DNA of 64,000 bases from Octopus sinensis (Eukaryota): assembly GCF_006345805.1 (NCBI RefSeq), contig NC_043006.1, positions 41,292,001 to 41,356,000 of the forward strand. Reading direction: 5' to 3'. The notes beneath the pieces were generated by a model that saw only the letters and a list, made by a program, of their open reading frames with translations, ran no database searches and was not told the DNA's origin. Made by a program: the position numbers and the translations under genes. Position 1 is the first letter of the stretch. The number at the start of each line of letters is the position of its first letter. Positions 12,855-26,150 of this stretch are shown in pieces.

Positions 12855-13001
12855 AAATGGAAAGATGAATTTTCTTGTTACAGATTATTCAAAAGTTTAA
12901 CCGATACCTGGGTAGCAAAAATCACAGCAGAAAAAAACACGGTTGGAGATAAGACCATATGGTGTTGCAACCGTGCGTTGGTGCGGATAATTGAAGTTTA
13001 A

Positions 13002-13338
13002 TATAATTAGTGAATGGAAGAAATGGAGTTGAACGAAGATTGTACAGAATTCCTTTTATTACATTCTACACATGTTTCAAAGGCCACAATTTTCCAAATT
13101 CTGATTAAATAAGGATACCATATTGCAGCTTTCTCTTCAGGAAAAACCAGGAATTACGTTTGTTTTGTTTTGTTCTGACAACGTAATTCCTGGTTTTTCC
13201 TGAAGAGAAAGCTGCAATATGGTATCCTTATTTAATCAGAATTTGGAAAATTGTGGCCTTTGAAACATGTGTAGAATGTAATAAACGGAATTCTGTACAA
13301 TCTTCGTTCAACTCCATTTCTTCCATTCACTAATTATA
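13002..13338. repeat. Second tandem copy of the fold-back element (period 571 bp; hammerhead motif at 13197-13276)
   Basis: 12277-12770 is repeated almost exactly at 12848-13340. Confidence 0.95.
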
Positions 13339-13339
13339 T

Positions 13340-13371
<32 letters not shown>

Positions 13372-13501
13372 CATATATATATTATAATATAAATAATATA
13401 TATATATATAAACATATATATATTATAATATAAATGATATATATATACGTTTAAATATATGTTGTGCAAGATTTTTTATGTGAAGTCGTATGTTGAAACA
13501 G

Positions 13502-13745
13502 ATATTGTTATATTTCGGAATGGTCATTTTGCCAGTTTAGCCAATAAAAACACACGCACTATATATTTGGTGTTATTTTGCTTCAGTGTTATTTATTTTT
13601 TACATTAATCTTAATCTCTGGCCGAAATAAGATTAAGATTAATGTAAAAAATAAATAACACTGAAGCAAAATAACACCAAATATATAGTGCGTGTGTTTT
13701 TATTGGCTAAACTGGCAAAATGACCATTCCGAAATATAACAATAT
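13502..13745. repeat. Fold-back element, 116-bp perfect arms, 12-nt loop, ending in (TA)n
   Basis: 13502-13617 is the reverse complement of 13630-13745; loop ctggccgaaata. Confidence 0.95.
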
Positions 13746-13925
13746 ATATATATATATATATTATAATATAAATAATATATATCTATACAAATATATTATT
13801 ATATAAATAATATATATATATTTTTTTACATATATATTATAATATAATTAATATATATATATTTTTTTCTAGTTTCAGCTCAGAGCTGCGGCCATGCTGA
13901 TGCACCGCCGTTTTGTGCTACACTG

Positions 13926-14968
13926 TTATTGCGAAGAACCTCGTCTAGTATGTGGCACTTGGTGAAGAATGGAGTTTGATATAGCTACTCTCATTTGCAC
14001 CTCTTGCCGTGAGGTAAGTTCATCTGGGACTCTCGACAGGAAGATGTCCAGCTTTGATTTAAAAACCGCTACATATACTTTGTGCAAGTTCCTCAGACTC
14101 TTTGGGAAAATATTAAAAAGCTGTGGGCCCTTGAAACCCAGGCTGTTGCAGAAGATGGTCCTGAAGTGTGATGGCATTGCTGGGAACTTTGGCACTATGC
14201 AGTGTCGTTCCGTTTTAGCATTGGTGTAGCTTACAATGCCAAAATTTGGCACGATTTCTTCCAGGATCTTCCAGACATATATTACTGCATACCTCTCCCG
14301 TCTTCTCTCCAGGGAGTAGAGTCTTAGCTGTTTCAACCTTTCCCAGTAGCTGAGCTGTTGCAAAGAGACGATCTTCTTTGTGAATCTTCTCTGGATTGCT
14401 TCAAGGTCCGCTGTTAATTTTACACTGGTGGGTGACCATAGCTGTGAGCAGTAATCCAGGCGGCTGAGGACGAATGTCCGCCAGAGGACCATCATCGTTT
14501 CCTTATCTCTGGTTCTGAATGTTCTTAGGATCCACCCAGCCAGTCGTCTGCACTTTGTCGCCATCCTGGTAATGTGCACTTGGAAAGAGTATTATCACTC
14601 ATGACGATACCCAGGTCCCTCACAGACTTAGGCTCTGGGATTGAAATTCCCTGTGGACCGGTGTATCCTGTAAGTTTAATATTCAGTTTTGGATGCTGGT
14701 AGCGCAGGGCCTGGAATTTTTCAGCATTAAACTGCATATTATTATCCTCAGCCCATCTGTAGATTGAGTCCTACTCCTGCTGCAGGTGTGCAGCATCGCT
14801 GGGATTCTTTATTTTTTGCGAGACTTTCGTATCGTCTGCATAGCTGGCCAGAGTGACTATCCGGGCATTTGAGGGCATATCTGAGAGGGCCACTATAAAA
14901 AGCAGTAGTCCCAAGACAGTGCCCTGTGGAACACCGCTCACTATTTGTGTGTTCATAGAGGTGGCTCC
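13926..14968 (-). mobile_element. CR1/L2-group LINE, 5'-truncated, RT C-terminal half with frameshifts
   Basis: SGVPQGTVLG, YADDTK, QFNAEKFQAL, VLSRLDYCSQLWSP and YWERLKQLRLYSLERRRER in three overlapping ORFs. Confidence 0.9.
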
Positions 14969-15294
14969 ATTATATATATTATAATATAAATAATATATAT
15001 ATATATATATATAATAATTTAAATATATATATGATATAATATATATATATACATATATATAGTATAATATAAATTATATATATATAAATATTTATATATA
15101 TATATATATATATACATATCTATATATATGCATATATTGGTACACGACGTCACAAACAGTAGACAATACGAAAACAAATTTGTTAAATACGCAAATAATG
15201 AGACAAAAAATGGAAAACAGTTGTCGTCTGTCTATCTACTCCCCATTTCGAGCATATGTATGTATGTGTGTGTGTGTGCGCGCATAGTACATGC

Positions 15295-15422
15295 TTCTTT
15301 CAGTTTCCGTCCACCAAATTTACTCAGAAGGATCTAGTCAGCCTGAAACTATAAGAGAAGATACGCAGTGGAACCGAATCTCAAACCATGTTGTTTGGAA
15401 TCAAACGTCTTACCACTGATCC
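15295..15422 (-). mobile_element. SINE family A fragment
   Basis: cttctttcagtttccgtccaccaaatttactc matches the family A core, reverse complemented. Confidence 0.65.
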
Positions 15423-15425
15423 ATG

Positions 15426-15500
<75 letters not shown>

Positions 15501-18389
15501 GTATCTATGTGTGTGTGGGTGCATGTACATGTGTATGTGTGCGCGTGTGTGCTGTTTGCACAAACCTTTTTCATGACACGCTCTCTCATCTGAAATAACG
15601 GCAGTTGGTATTTTTGATTTGGTTACAACACCAACAAATTGTAGAAGGGCGTTACATGAGACCAACGACTTTAGTTTTCAGATTGGTACTTTATATCAAT
15701 AATCCTGAAAGAATGACAAACAAAACTGATCTAGGCGAGATTTGAACTTTGAACATAGAGTACGCAAGGTAATTTCTCCCAACTCCGGCGATTTGACCAG
15801 CTTGCGCCTTGGAGGCATTAGATAATAAAATCCAAAAAGACTGGATATCCAAGAATGAAGTGTAGAATGGACCGTATTCGATCAGGACAGAAATGGAACA
15901 TAACAATATTATTAACATCAGCTCCTCCACAACCGCTACAAATACCACCATTTTGTTCACATAAATTACAGCACTTAATTATAAGTGATGTTTATACAGC
16001 GACCAATGTCAATATACTATTCATTAAATGAACTCGATCCAGTCGGGTAACATATACATTGTAGCTTGGCATTTTGTTATAGAAGTGAAATCTTATTCTA
16101 GTGATGGTAGATTGTTAATGAGTTAGAGGTGTTCTGTACCGATCAGGTGTAATGAAAATAGTTAAAAAACACACTCAGAATAAATTTTATGCTGTGGCAG
16201 AAGGAGAGTAAGGAGAATGACTTCCAGTTTAAGACACATTCCTTTGTCAGTAAGAAAAATGTCCGTTGGTATCGAAATATAAATAAAAAGTGAGATTAAA
16301 TGCGAGTAAAGAGAAAGGAGGCGGGGTGAAGAGGCGGAGAAGAGGAGGAGGGGAGAAAGAGGCGGAGGAGGGGAGGAGTACGCGGTAGAGGAGAGAGGTA
16401 ACAAATGTTAGTGGAACAAGGCAAGGATAGAAGTTAATAGAAAGGGAAAAGGGAAGCAAAAAAAATAGAAGCTCAAAAGGTTTGAAAAATATTGTGAGGA
16501 ATAGATAAAGCAAGTACCTATATATTCTATTACTCTTTTTATGTTTGGTGTCATTGGCTACCGCCATGATCCCACACTGCCTTTGGAAATTTAGTCGGTC
16601 ATATCGACCCTAGTACTTTTTCTTCAGTCTGGTAGATGTTGACTCATTAAGTTCTACCAGACAAAATAAGCGCTAGTGAAAACATAAACGCAAATACATA
16701 TGTGAGTTTGTGTCCAAACATGCATGCATACGTATACACACACATACATATATACATATGCGCACATATACACACATGCATACACATATATACATGCACA
16801 TTGTGTGCATATATATGTGTGAATGTGAGTGTATGCATCAATATGCGTAAAGTTGTATTACGAGTAACAAACGAAAGAAAAAAATACTCAATAGTTCAGA
16901 GAATGAATTATTTAAACTTGCAACCGAAACAAATGTTAGTGAATATAATCAGCAGACTCGTACGGAAATCGTACGATTCTCTTGTCCGCCATGTTAAAGT
17001 AACAAGTAATTTTTGAAGTAAAACCACGACGAAAAACAAAGAGAGGCGACAGCTGATAGCTTACCATTATGAGACTATAAAAACTTTATTCTCATTAGCC
17101 GGCTCAGATGCTGTTTTATGCAACACGCTTTAATTAGCATACCGTCGAGAGCTTCGTCTAATTTATAACAAAGGAGTTCGTCTAGTAAAGAAATGATTGT
17201 GAAATAGAAGTAACTGAAATTACGTATGTCTGAAAAAAAAGCAAATGCTAACAAATTTTTTTTTTGTAGAATTACAAGAGCGGAGATACAGAGAGTGCTG
17301 GTACAGAGTTAACATGGTAATACTTGAAGTGATTGCCGAGTTAATTTATAAACTATATTGTAAATTTATTCACAGTTCATAGTTTGCCCATAGCTTGAGA
17401 GAAAAAAAAACTGATAGAAACTAAATCATGGTTGGTACGGGATTGCTTACATTGATTTCAAAATCAATGTCAGAACATTATCGAGCTGAGTGAAGTCATT
17501 CAATATACTGATATTGACAGCAGCTTTCTCCAATATTCAAACCTGTAATTTACTCAGAATTCGTAACGTAATCATTATTCATTTATTTTTGCAAGAATTC
17601 TATATAGTTACATTGCCCATACAAGGAGGACAACACTCCACCCACCGCTTCTTCAGCAAGGAGGAGCTACAATGCACTAGAAATGCCAACTTAAAACAAA
17701 ACATACGGGGAAAATAAAATCATTAGTGAACAAGATATATTTTCGTCACAAAATTTCACACCAATATACGCGATAAATGATGCAATACTCGTAATACGGT
17801 GGACAATAGCAACATGAATAACATAGTGTAAATCACATGATTTCGGTTTCAGTCCCACTTCTAATATACATCCTGGCCAACGAATGTCTTGTGAGTGAAT
17901 TTGATAGTTGCAAAATATATGCAAGCTCGTTGTATTTTTAGCTCCTTTACTGATACCAACATCTGAGATACTCGGCTTGTTTTTAGCGGAAATCCCTCCG
18001 TAGACTTAAAAATCTGTAAACTTCCGCAGAAACAGTTGATTCTGTCTCAGCTGAATAGAGGAACAGTCTTAATATGAGGGCAGACAAACTTTGATCACCG
18101 TATGATATCACTAAGACAGAGCTGCTAAAAACAATATCATCAAAAATAGGATATTTCAAGTAAGTGCTGAAAAATGAAGTAAACAGCATCCTGTGATTTG
18201 GCAGTGAACTCCTCAAGAAAAATTCGCTCCCTGATAATCTCCCACACGAACTCAGAAACGTAGAGTTTACAAAATCTCAGCGAAGGCTTGAAAGAAAAAC
18301 ATTCTATAAACAGCAAAAATATTTCTCGTAAACGAAAAAAAATTATAACAAAATAATCATAAAATGTAGCTTCCGTCGAACATACGACT

Positions 18390-18850
18390 TTTTTATCACA
18401 TCACATCTTGAAGTTTATGCTATTGCAATCCAAGTGCAGACGGCAGCCACAAAATATTTAATGAACAACCGAGGTAGGAAACCCTTTAAAATCGTAAGGC
18501 GTAACTGTGAGTGTCATACGCCATTCTTCTGTGGAGGAAACACAAGGCAGAGAAAACATAAGCCGCCGAACATTGTTATCGGGATACTACCCACCACTGC
18601 GGCATGATGTTGTTGGAGAAAAATATGATTCGAAGAAAAATTACCCTGGAATAAATGTAAACAACACAATTTCAATGAGATGTATATGTATCAGCAAAAG
18701 AAATATTGGTGGAACCTTCCCATCAAAACTTTTATAAAGTGCAAAATAAGTCTGACATTGTTATTTGGGATGGAAAAATAAAGTAATTTACTGTCACAAG
18801 CATTAGTTGTTCTGCAGATGTGAGCATCTCTTATAAAAGAGAAGTTTGAA
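18390..18850 (+). mobile_element. Relic of an RLE-type LINE
   Basis: HLEVYAIAIQ, YYPPLRHDVVG, YWWNLPIKT..KSDIVIWD and ISCSADVSI remnants with stops and frameshifts. Confidence 0.65.
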
Positions 18851-19169
18851 AAAAAAGGAAGCAAGTGAAGTGATGTTGGTATGAAGAGGGAGAAAACGAA
18901 CTCAGGGTAAAGCTAAAGCAAAACAGAGAAAGACATTGTGTTAAACATAGAAATTAATAAGCTGATTGACAGATAAATGTTGCTTGAGGAAGGACACTAA
19001 AAATCTCTCCAGTCTAGACCCAGCTTCGAATAAATGTTATACTTAATTCTTCAACCTTCTTAACAGCATTGAGAAGGGTTTCTGCTCAACTACAATTCAT
19101 ACAATTTTAGATGCACACTCTTCCATACATGCATATTGATATAAAGCGCAACTTTTCTAGTATTTGTAT

Positions 19170-19690
19170 TTGTGACCACACATTTCATCACACTTGGAAG
19201 GCTATGCGTTTGCAATCCTAGGGCGAAAATTACTCCAAGCTACAACCGAAAATGTAGATTGTTATATTTCTGTTGAAGACATCACACGTGTGATTAGGGA
19301 CAACCCAGAAAATATCATTGGAGTACTATCTCCTTATGTGACACGACGTTATCACAAAAACAATTGATAATGCCAGTCAGAAAAAAGACTGTTCTAGAAT
19401 AAATATAGAGAATCTTCCTGTTATTGAAAACATTCACAAACGTCAACACAGGGAATCCTGGCGGAGCATTCTCATCAAAATATTTGTTATGTGTAAATAT
19501 AACAGGCTGGATATTGCTGTTTGGGACAGACTAGAAAAAGTATGTACCGTCATATAGTTTAACCGCCCTACTGACGTTAATATCTCTTTAAAAATCGAAG
19601 AAAACCAGGATAACTATTGGAAACTGCTTCGAAAAATCTAGCTTCTATATCTAGATTAGAAATAGCAATAATAATTGGTGTATTTGGTTT
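19170..19690 (+). mobile_element. Second relic of the same RLE-type LINE region
   Basis: SHLEGYAFAI, VEDITRVI, NRLDIAVWDRLEKVCTVI..PTDVNISLKIEE remnants. Confidence 0.65.
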
Positions 19691-19936
19691 TGCGAGTGAA
19701 CGTCTAAGAATCTGAATAAGCTAGGGTTTTCAGAAAAAGAACCCAAATTACTCTCGCATGACGAATACTGTCTGTAAGTGGAACAGTAAAATTATGCAAA
19801 ACTTTTTTTCGGGTTGAAAATGTGACATTGGTTTTCTTATCTACATTTCGAAGATGGAGCTTTGTATCTTTGTTAGAAACGAGTTCCTTCTTCAGAGGAA
19901 GAATTTAAATAATTAAAAAAACGATGAGAACGTGCA

Positions 19937-20345
19937 TACTCTTTTACTCTTTTATTTGTTTCAGTCATTTGACTGCGGCCATGCTGGTGCACCGAATTTA
20001 GTCGAGCATATCGAAACCCAGAACTTATTCTTTTGTAAGTCTAGTACTTATTCTGTCGGTCTCTTTCGCCGAACCGCTAAGTTACGGGGACGTAAAAACA
20101 CCAGAATCGGTTGTCAAGCGATGTTGGGGGGACAAACACAGACACACAAACACACACACATATACATATATACATATACATATATACATATACATATATA
20201 CGGCGGGCTTCTTTCAGTTTCCGTCTACCAAATCCACTCACATGGCTTTGGTCGACCCGAGACTATCGTAGAAGGTGCTACGCAGTGGGACTGAACCCAG
20301 AATCATGTGGTTGGTAAGCAAGCTACTTCCCACACAGCCACTCCT
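19937..20345 (-). mobile_element. SINE family A, near full length
   Basis: Reverse complement of the family A head, core and (TAAAAGAG) tail. Confidence 0.9.
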
Positions 20346-20479
20346 AACCTATATATTTATACATGTATATCTGTGTGTGTGCCTGTGTGTGTGTGCGCGT
20401 GGTATATATAACAACTCACGCTTTAAGCAAAAGGTGTACAACACTATTTCGTAGCAGCACCTATGCATTTCAAGCATTA

Positions 20480-20690
20480 CGAGCTGGGGGAATCGTTAGC
20501 AGGTCGGGCGAAACACTTAGCGGCATTTTGTCCGTCTTTTCGTTCTGAGTTCAAATTCCGCATCGGTCAATTTTGCCTTTCATTCTTTCGGGAGTCGATA
20601 AATTAAGCACCAGTTGAACTCTGGAATCGCTGTAATTGACTTTGCCCTGCCATCGAAATTGCTGGCCTTGTACTAAAATTTGAAAACAGT
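20480..20690 (+). mobile_element. tRNA-derived SINE, family B
   Basis: gagctgg..aatcgttagc..gagttcaaattcc..ctttcgggagtcgataaattaag, shared with many copies. Confidence 0.8.
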
Positions 20691-21856
20691 ATTAATCCTA
20701 CTCAATACGGTTGTAATTTCTAGCACATTATTTTGAATGTTAACTCGCATTTAACTATACGTTCTTCAGATGAACGGCATCTCTTGGTAATCTTCCAATA
20801 TTAAACATATACTAAACCCTTGGGAAAATGTGGTCAGTTCTATTTCATAACATTTTATTACGTAGGTGTTGTTTAAGCTTGTGTTGTATCGTGTAAGTTA
20901 ATCATGTATTTTTATAGGTTGGTCTGTCATTCGGGTAAGGCAGTGGCTCATTGATTTCCGTCAAACACCAGCTTAACTTTTCGATTCCAACCTACCTGAG
21001 CCCACCGTAGGTATTATGTCACTCGTTTTAAAGTGAACTAAATTTTAAAAATTTCCATGAAAATATCATGTAAGTTTTTGTTCTAAATATCAGCTTAATA
21101 ATGAAAAAGTTATTTTACGAAATTTTTCTTTATATTTCAAACTTAATAGAGGTAGAGGCAACACACTTCAAGAGAATTATGGTGAAAATAGACACGAACT
21201 AATTCGTTAAAGCCATGTAAATTTGATATTGTTCCACTGTAGCTCAGCTTTGTTTATGTAGACTACTATTCAAAGCCGCTCCGACCGCGAACATCCTGTA
21301 CATTTTTCAGTTACAGTGTTCATAGAACTACAATTGTATAATGTGTCGTTTTCTAAGAATAACATATTTGAAAGATATGTGCCTGCTATTTCTACAACTT
21401 AGTCTCTCTCTCTCTCTCTTTCTTTACTTGATCAAGATACACGGCTATATTGTAAAATCGATGTTAATTCCGTCCCATAAGTCCGCATTGCTAAAAACTT
21501 CGGGTGGGGTCGGATGGGTCATTGGCGTGATGGTAGAAGCAGCTAATAAAGCGGCTAATAATTCTACACTGACTTCTTTGAAATACCAGTTCAGTGTGTA
21601 CATGAAAAAAATAATAAAAATAATTTGAAACAGTCGTAACAATAATATTCTTTCTCCTTCCTCATCATGTTATGGTTCAGCCAATATTTACAATTAATTA
21701 AACACAAATATTCCGCTCTATGATCTTTTCCCTTTCATTTTATTGTTTCCTTTATTTGTTTATTCATTTATTCATATATTCATTTATATATTTTATTTAT
21801 TATTTTTATTTTAGCATTCCCGATTTCTTTAATTTCGAGATTTTCATTTTCGTTCC

Positions 21857-21944
<88 letters not shown>

Positions 21945-22037
21945 GTCTGTCTGCCTGTCTGTCTGTCTGCCTGTCTGTCTGTCTGTCTGTCTGTCTGACT
22001 GTTGCCTCTTTCTGTATGCATATATTTTTCTCTCCCC

Positions 22038-22104
<67 letters not shown>

Positions 22105-23014
22105 AGTGATTATCTGAAAAACTACCTTCCCTTCTTTCTTTTCTATCATCCTAGTTTTTTCCCTTTCTATCTCTACATTGTTCTTTATTCCATCATTTCT
22201 TCAAATCATTCCTTTCAATCTATCAACACCTTGCACTTTTCTCCTCTATCTTTTTTCTATAATTTTATTATATTCCTTCCATCTTGTCTTGTTTCATTTT
22301 CATTTATTTCTCCTTTTTCTTTCTCTCTACTCTATTCGTTCTTCCTTCTTTCTTTTCTATTGCTTCCCACTTTACTTTCTATTTTCATTCTTTCTTCCAG
22401 TCTTTCTTTTCTACTCTGCTTTATATTGTTCCCCATTGCCTTTTTTCGTCATTCATTCCCTCTTTCCTCTTTTCTTTCATTTTCATTCTTTCTTTCGTTT
22501 TTACTTTATCTACATTAGGCTCGTAATTTCACATTTATTTCTGTAATTCTTTCTTTGGCTTTTTACACCATTATATATTTCATTCATACTCTAATTTCTT
22601 CTTTCCTTCTTTACATCCTTTCATCTTTCATTTCTGTCACACTTCTTTCCTTCATTATTTCTTTTCAAATTTCCTTCTACCTTTTAACATTTCTAACCAC
22701 CATTCCTTTCTTTTTCGATATTCTTCTCCATCAAACTCCTCTTCATTCAATTCCTTTCAAAATCGCCTTTTCTTCCCGTTTCACCTACATTGTTTCCGCT
22801 AATGTGAATCTCATTCTTCTCACCTTCAGCACTGAGAATATGTCGAAGACAGTAAAATACATTATTTAAAGAATCTAGGTGGGTGCTTTGACAAGATCTA
22901 AGATTTGATTACATAAATCCATCTGATAATATAATACATTTACCTGTAACATACGACTTGAAATATATCCACCCCCTCGTCAAATCCACTCAAGGAAACT
23001 ATTCCGCCATATCT

Positions 23015-23015
23015 T

Positions 23016-23107
<92 letters not shown>

Positions 23108-23111
23108 TATG

Positions 23112-23144
<33 letters not shown>

Positions 23145-23159
23145 GTATATATATATATG

Positions 23160-23190
<31 letters not shown>

Positions 23191-23258
23191 GTATATATAT
23201 ATATGTATATATATATATGTATATATATAATATATATATATGTATATATATATATATG

Positions 23259-23309
<51 letters not shown>

Positions 23310-23327
23310 GTATATATATATATGTAT

Positions 23328-23360
<33 letters not shown>

Positions 23361-23452
23361 GTATATATATATGTATATATATATGTATATATATATATGT
23401 GTGTGTGTGTGTGCGTGCGTGCATGTGTGTGCGTGTGTATATGCGTGTGTGT

Positions 23453-23485
<33 letters not shown>

Positions 23486-23515
23486 ATATACACTCGCATA
23501 CATTGATTTATATTT
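23015..23515. repeat. (TA)n/(TATG) microsatellite
   Basis: Direct reading. Confidence 0.95.
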
Positions 23516-23610
23516 ATATATAGGAATCTATGAATCTCTCTCACCCTCTTTCTCTCTGTATATGCATATATCTAATATCTATAAAATTGAAGTTTCCTGT
23601 TTACGCGTGT

Positions 23611-23656
<46 letters not shown>

Positions 23657-25065
23657 AAACATTTACTGTACCTCAATAACTTCTACATCTTTCATCCGAT
23701 TCCTTTAAAATTATATACGGAGCTGCTTCATATCCCAGCCACGAACACAGGTTGCTAAAGATTTTGAAAAAAAAATCGATAATTGGGCCTCTAGAGCCTT
23801 GGGAAACCAACAATAGATGATTCCTATTCTTTTGCATTAATCAACTGTTTTATAATCTGTAGGGTCTTTCATACTATTTTAATCTTTTTATAAAAGTGAA
23901 AAGATTTTGTCTATTTATTTATTTATATTATCCACCAGCGACGGTGATTAAATTGACTGGGAAACCTGAACGCACGCATTCCATACTTTTTAAATATTTT
24001 TATGAAAGTAAAAGGATTTTGTCTATTGATTTCGACTGTCTACTTGCCATGGTGATTTAAACATACTAGGAACACTGTACGCGATGACTACCCAATACCG
24101 GACAATGTTAATCTCCATATTTAAACTGCATTAAACTTTGGCAAGCTTGCCTTTACCCATTCTGAGTTATTTGAAGGATGATGTTTCCTTCCCTCTCTTC
24201 TATTTGTTGATGCCTTTGTTTACCTACCAATGCGTTGTTTCACTTTAAGCATGCTTATTTACCAATCCGTTATGATATTCCGACTGTTGTCCATTGTTTC
24301 AAATACGTTTTTGCATAGCCGTTCTAGCCTTTTCTAAACAATCACATCTTTCGTCCCAAAGAATCAACCTTCAAATGAGAGTTTTACTTCCACTAGCGAA
24401 AAATATACGCCTCTTTCAAAAATCTCCCTGCCAATTTAACTTTATGCAGCATTCGCGGTTAGTTTAGGCGCAGGCTATGTGGGAAGACAGAATAAAAGGG
24501 CTCTTGTTAACTTAACCTCTCCGAAAACATAAGTCCCTTTGCTGTCGAAAAAATAAACTCGCAGAGGGGTCGTTTCAACGGTTTCCCTCAATTTCATTAC
24601 ACCATTTATGTGACTGTTTCTGACAAGAAATTTCGCTTTCATGTAAAACAATTATATTTTGAAGTCATTATCCGTAATCTACTCCCCAAACACTTCAGTA
24701 TCCCTACTTTGTATTGCTTGCAAACTTATATGTTCTATGATCATTAAAGTGCAACGCCCTCCACAATAACCAGCCTTCAATTTGATTTTCCGTTCCTAGG
24801 TTAATCGGGAACATAGATTGCCGTGATACTTATAAACCTTCTCGGTAGTTCAATTATTTGGGGAAAAAAATGCTACCAAAGCAACTTAAACCGTCCAAAG
24901 AATGGGTGCATTTGTTAGTATATATAAACGTTTATAATCACCCCACATTATTGTATGGTTAACACCATATAGTTTTCTGGTGCATCTAAGTTAAGTACCA
25001 CGTTCAAGTGAATTCACTAGAACTGACTTGAATCTTAATGCTTTTACTATATATATATATATTAT

Positions 25066-25099
<34 letters not shown>

Positions 25100-25793
25100 G
25101 CCATATATATATATCTATCTATCTATATACATATTATTAAGTGTAGTTATTTTGAGATTGACAAATTCTAACCTCACCGTACCAAAATATTAATAGAATT
25201 TTTGGAACCCCCCCATCTCGTTATCAATGTGAAAACAAAATTGTGAATTTATCCACGTAATAATTCATTATTCTTTCCCCTGCACTGGGCAAATATAACA
25301 GTTTATAGCCATCTTAATTTTATTAAACATTTAATCTGTTCGCTGCCTTTTTAAGGTCATCCTTATGAGAAATGCTGATGTAGTGCATGTTCTTGTTTAA
25401 AAGGTATATGTGTGTATATGTGTGTGTGTAGAGTTGCGTGTGTGTAAGATTGTATCTATACATATTCACTCATACACATACAGGAATGCACACACATACG
25501 CACAAACGTCATGTGTATGTCTTTTCTGTGGTGTTTCTCTTAAGCATACAGTGTATGTAACGCGTGTCTCTGCGTACTAGACCTTTCCCCAACACAAAAC
25601 TGAATTATTTCATGTTCTCTCGAAATTTCAATACCGACTTGTGGTGCGCTGTGGACTTGTTCAAACAACGTCGATTTGATGGAGTGAGTGAGTGAGCTGA
25701 TCATGAACATTTGATCACTCTAAATATATCATTTGTGCAGGTCGTTCGGCAAAAGCTGAACGCCCTTACGTTATCTTCGACGGGAGATTCCAT

Positions 25794-25905
<112 letters not shown>

Positions 25906-25929
25906 TAGTCGTTGTCTAATCCTTATGCA

Positions 25930-26150
25930 GAGTTTGACCACCTCCTGTATCTACACTTTAAAACCATCATGGCATCTGATGTGACTTTTTGAATCAGACA
26001 ATATTCTGAAAAGACACCCACACAGATTACATATTCGATTTGGACCACCAAGAGCTGCAGAAGAGTTCTGATCTTTGTGGATCGTAAGATGTCTTTTGAG
26101 GCCTCCGTTAGATTCGCAAACGTGGTATACATTGCATTCAAAGGCGTGCA
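25930..26150 (-). mobile_element. Probable 3' end of an RTE-type LINE with two degenerate C2H2-like fingers
   Basis: FECNVYHVCESNGGLKRHLTIH and ICNLCGCLFRILSDSKSHIRCH, then stop and a short UTR; truncated at microsatellite, no TGEKP linker. Confidence 0.55.

Noticed and set aside
13502-13745. pre-miRNA or hammerhead in the third hairpin
   Set aside because: A perfect 116-bp stem indicates a recent fold-back repeat; no convincing hammerhead core or helix I could be paired.
25951-26150. Host C2H2 zinc-finger gene
   Set aside because: Only two degenerate fingers, no TGEKP linker, no splice acceptor; fits a LINE C-terminus better.
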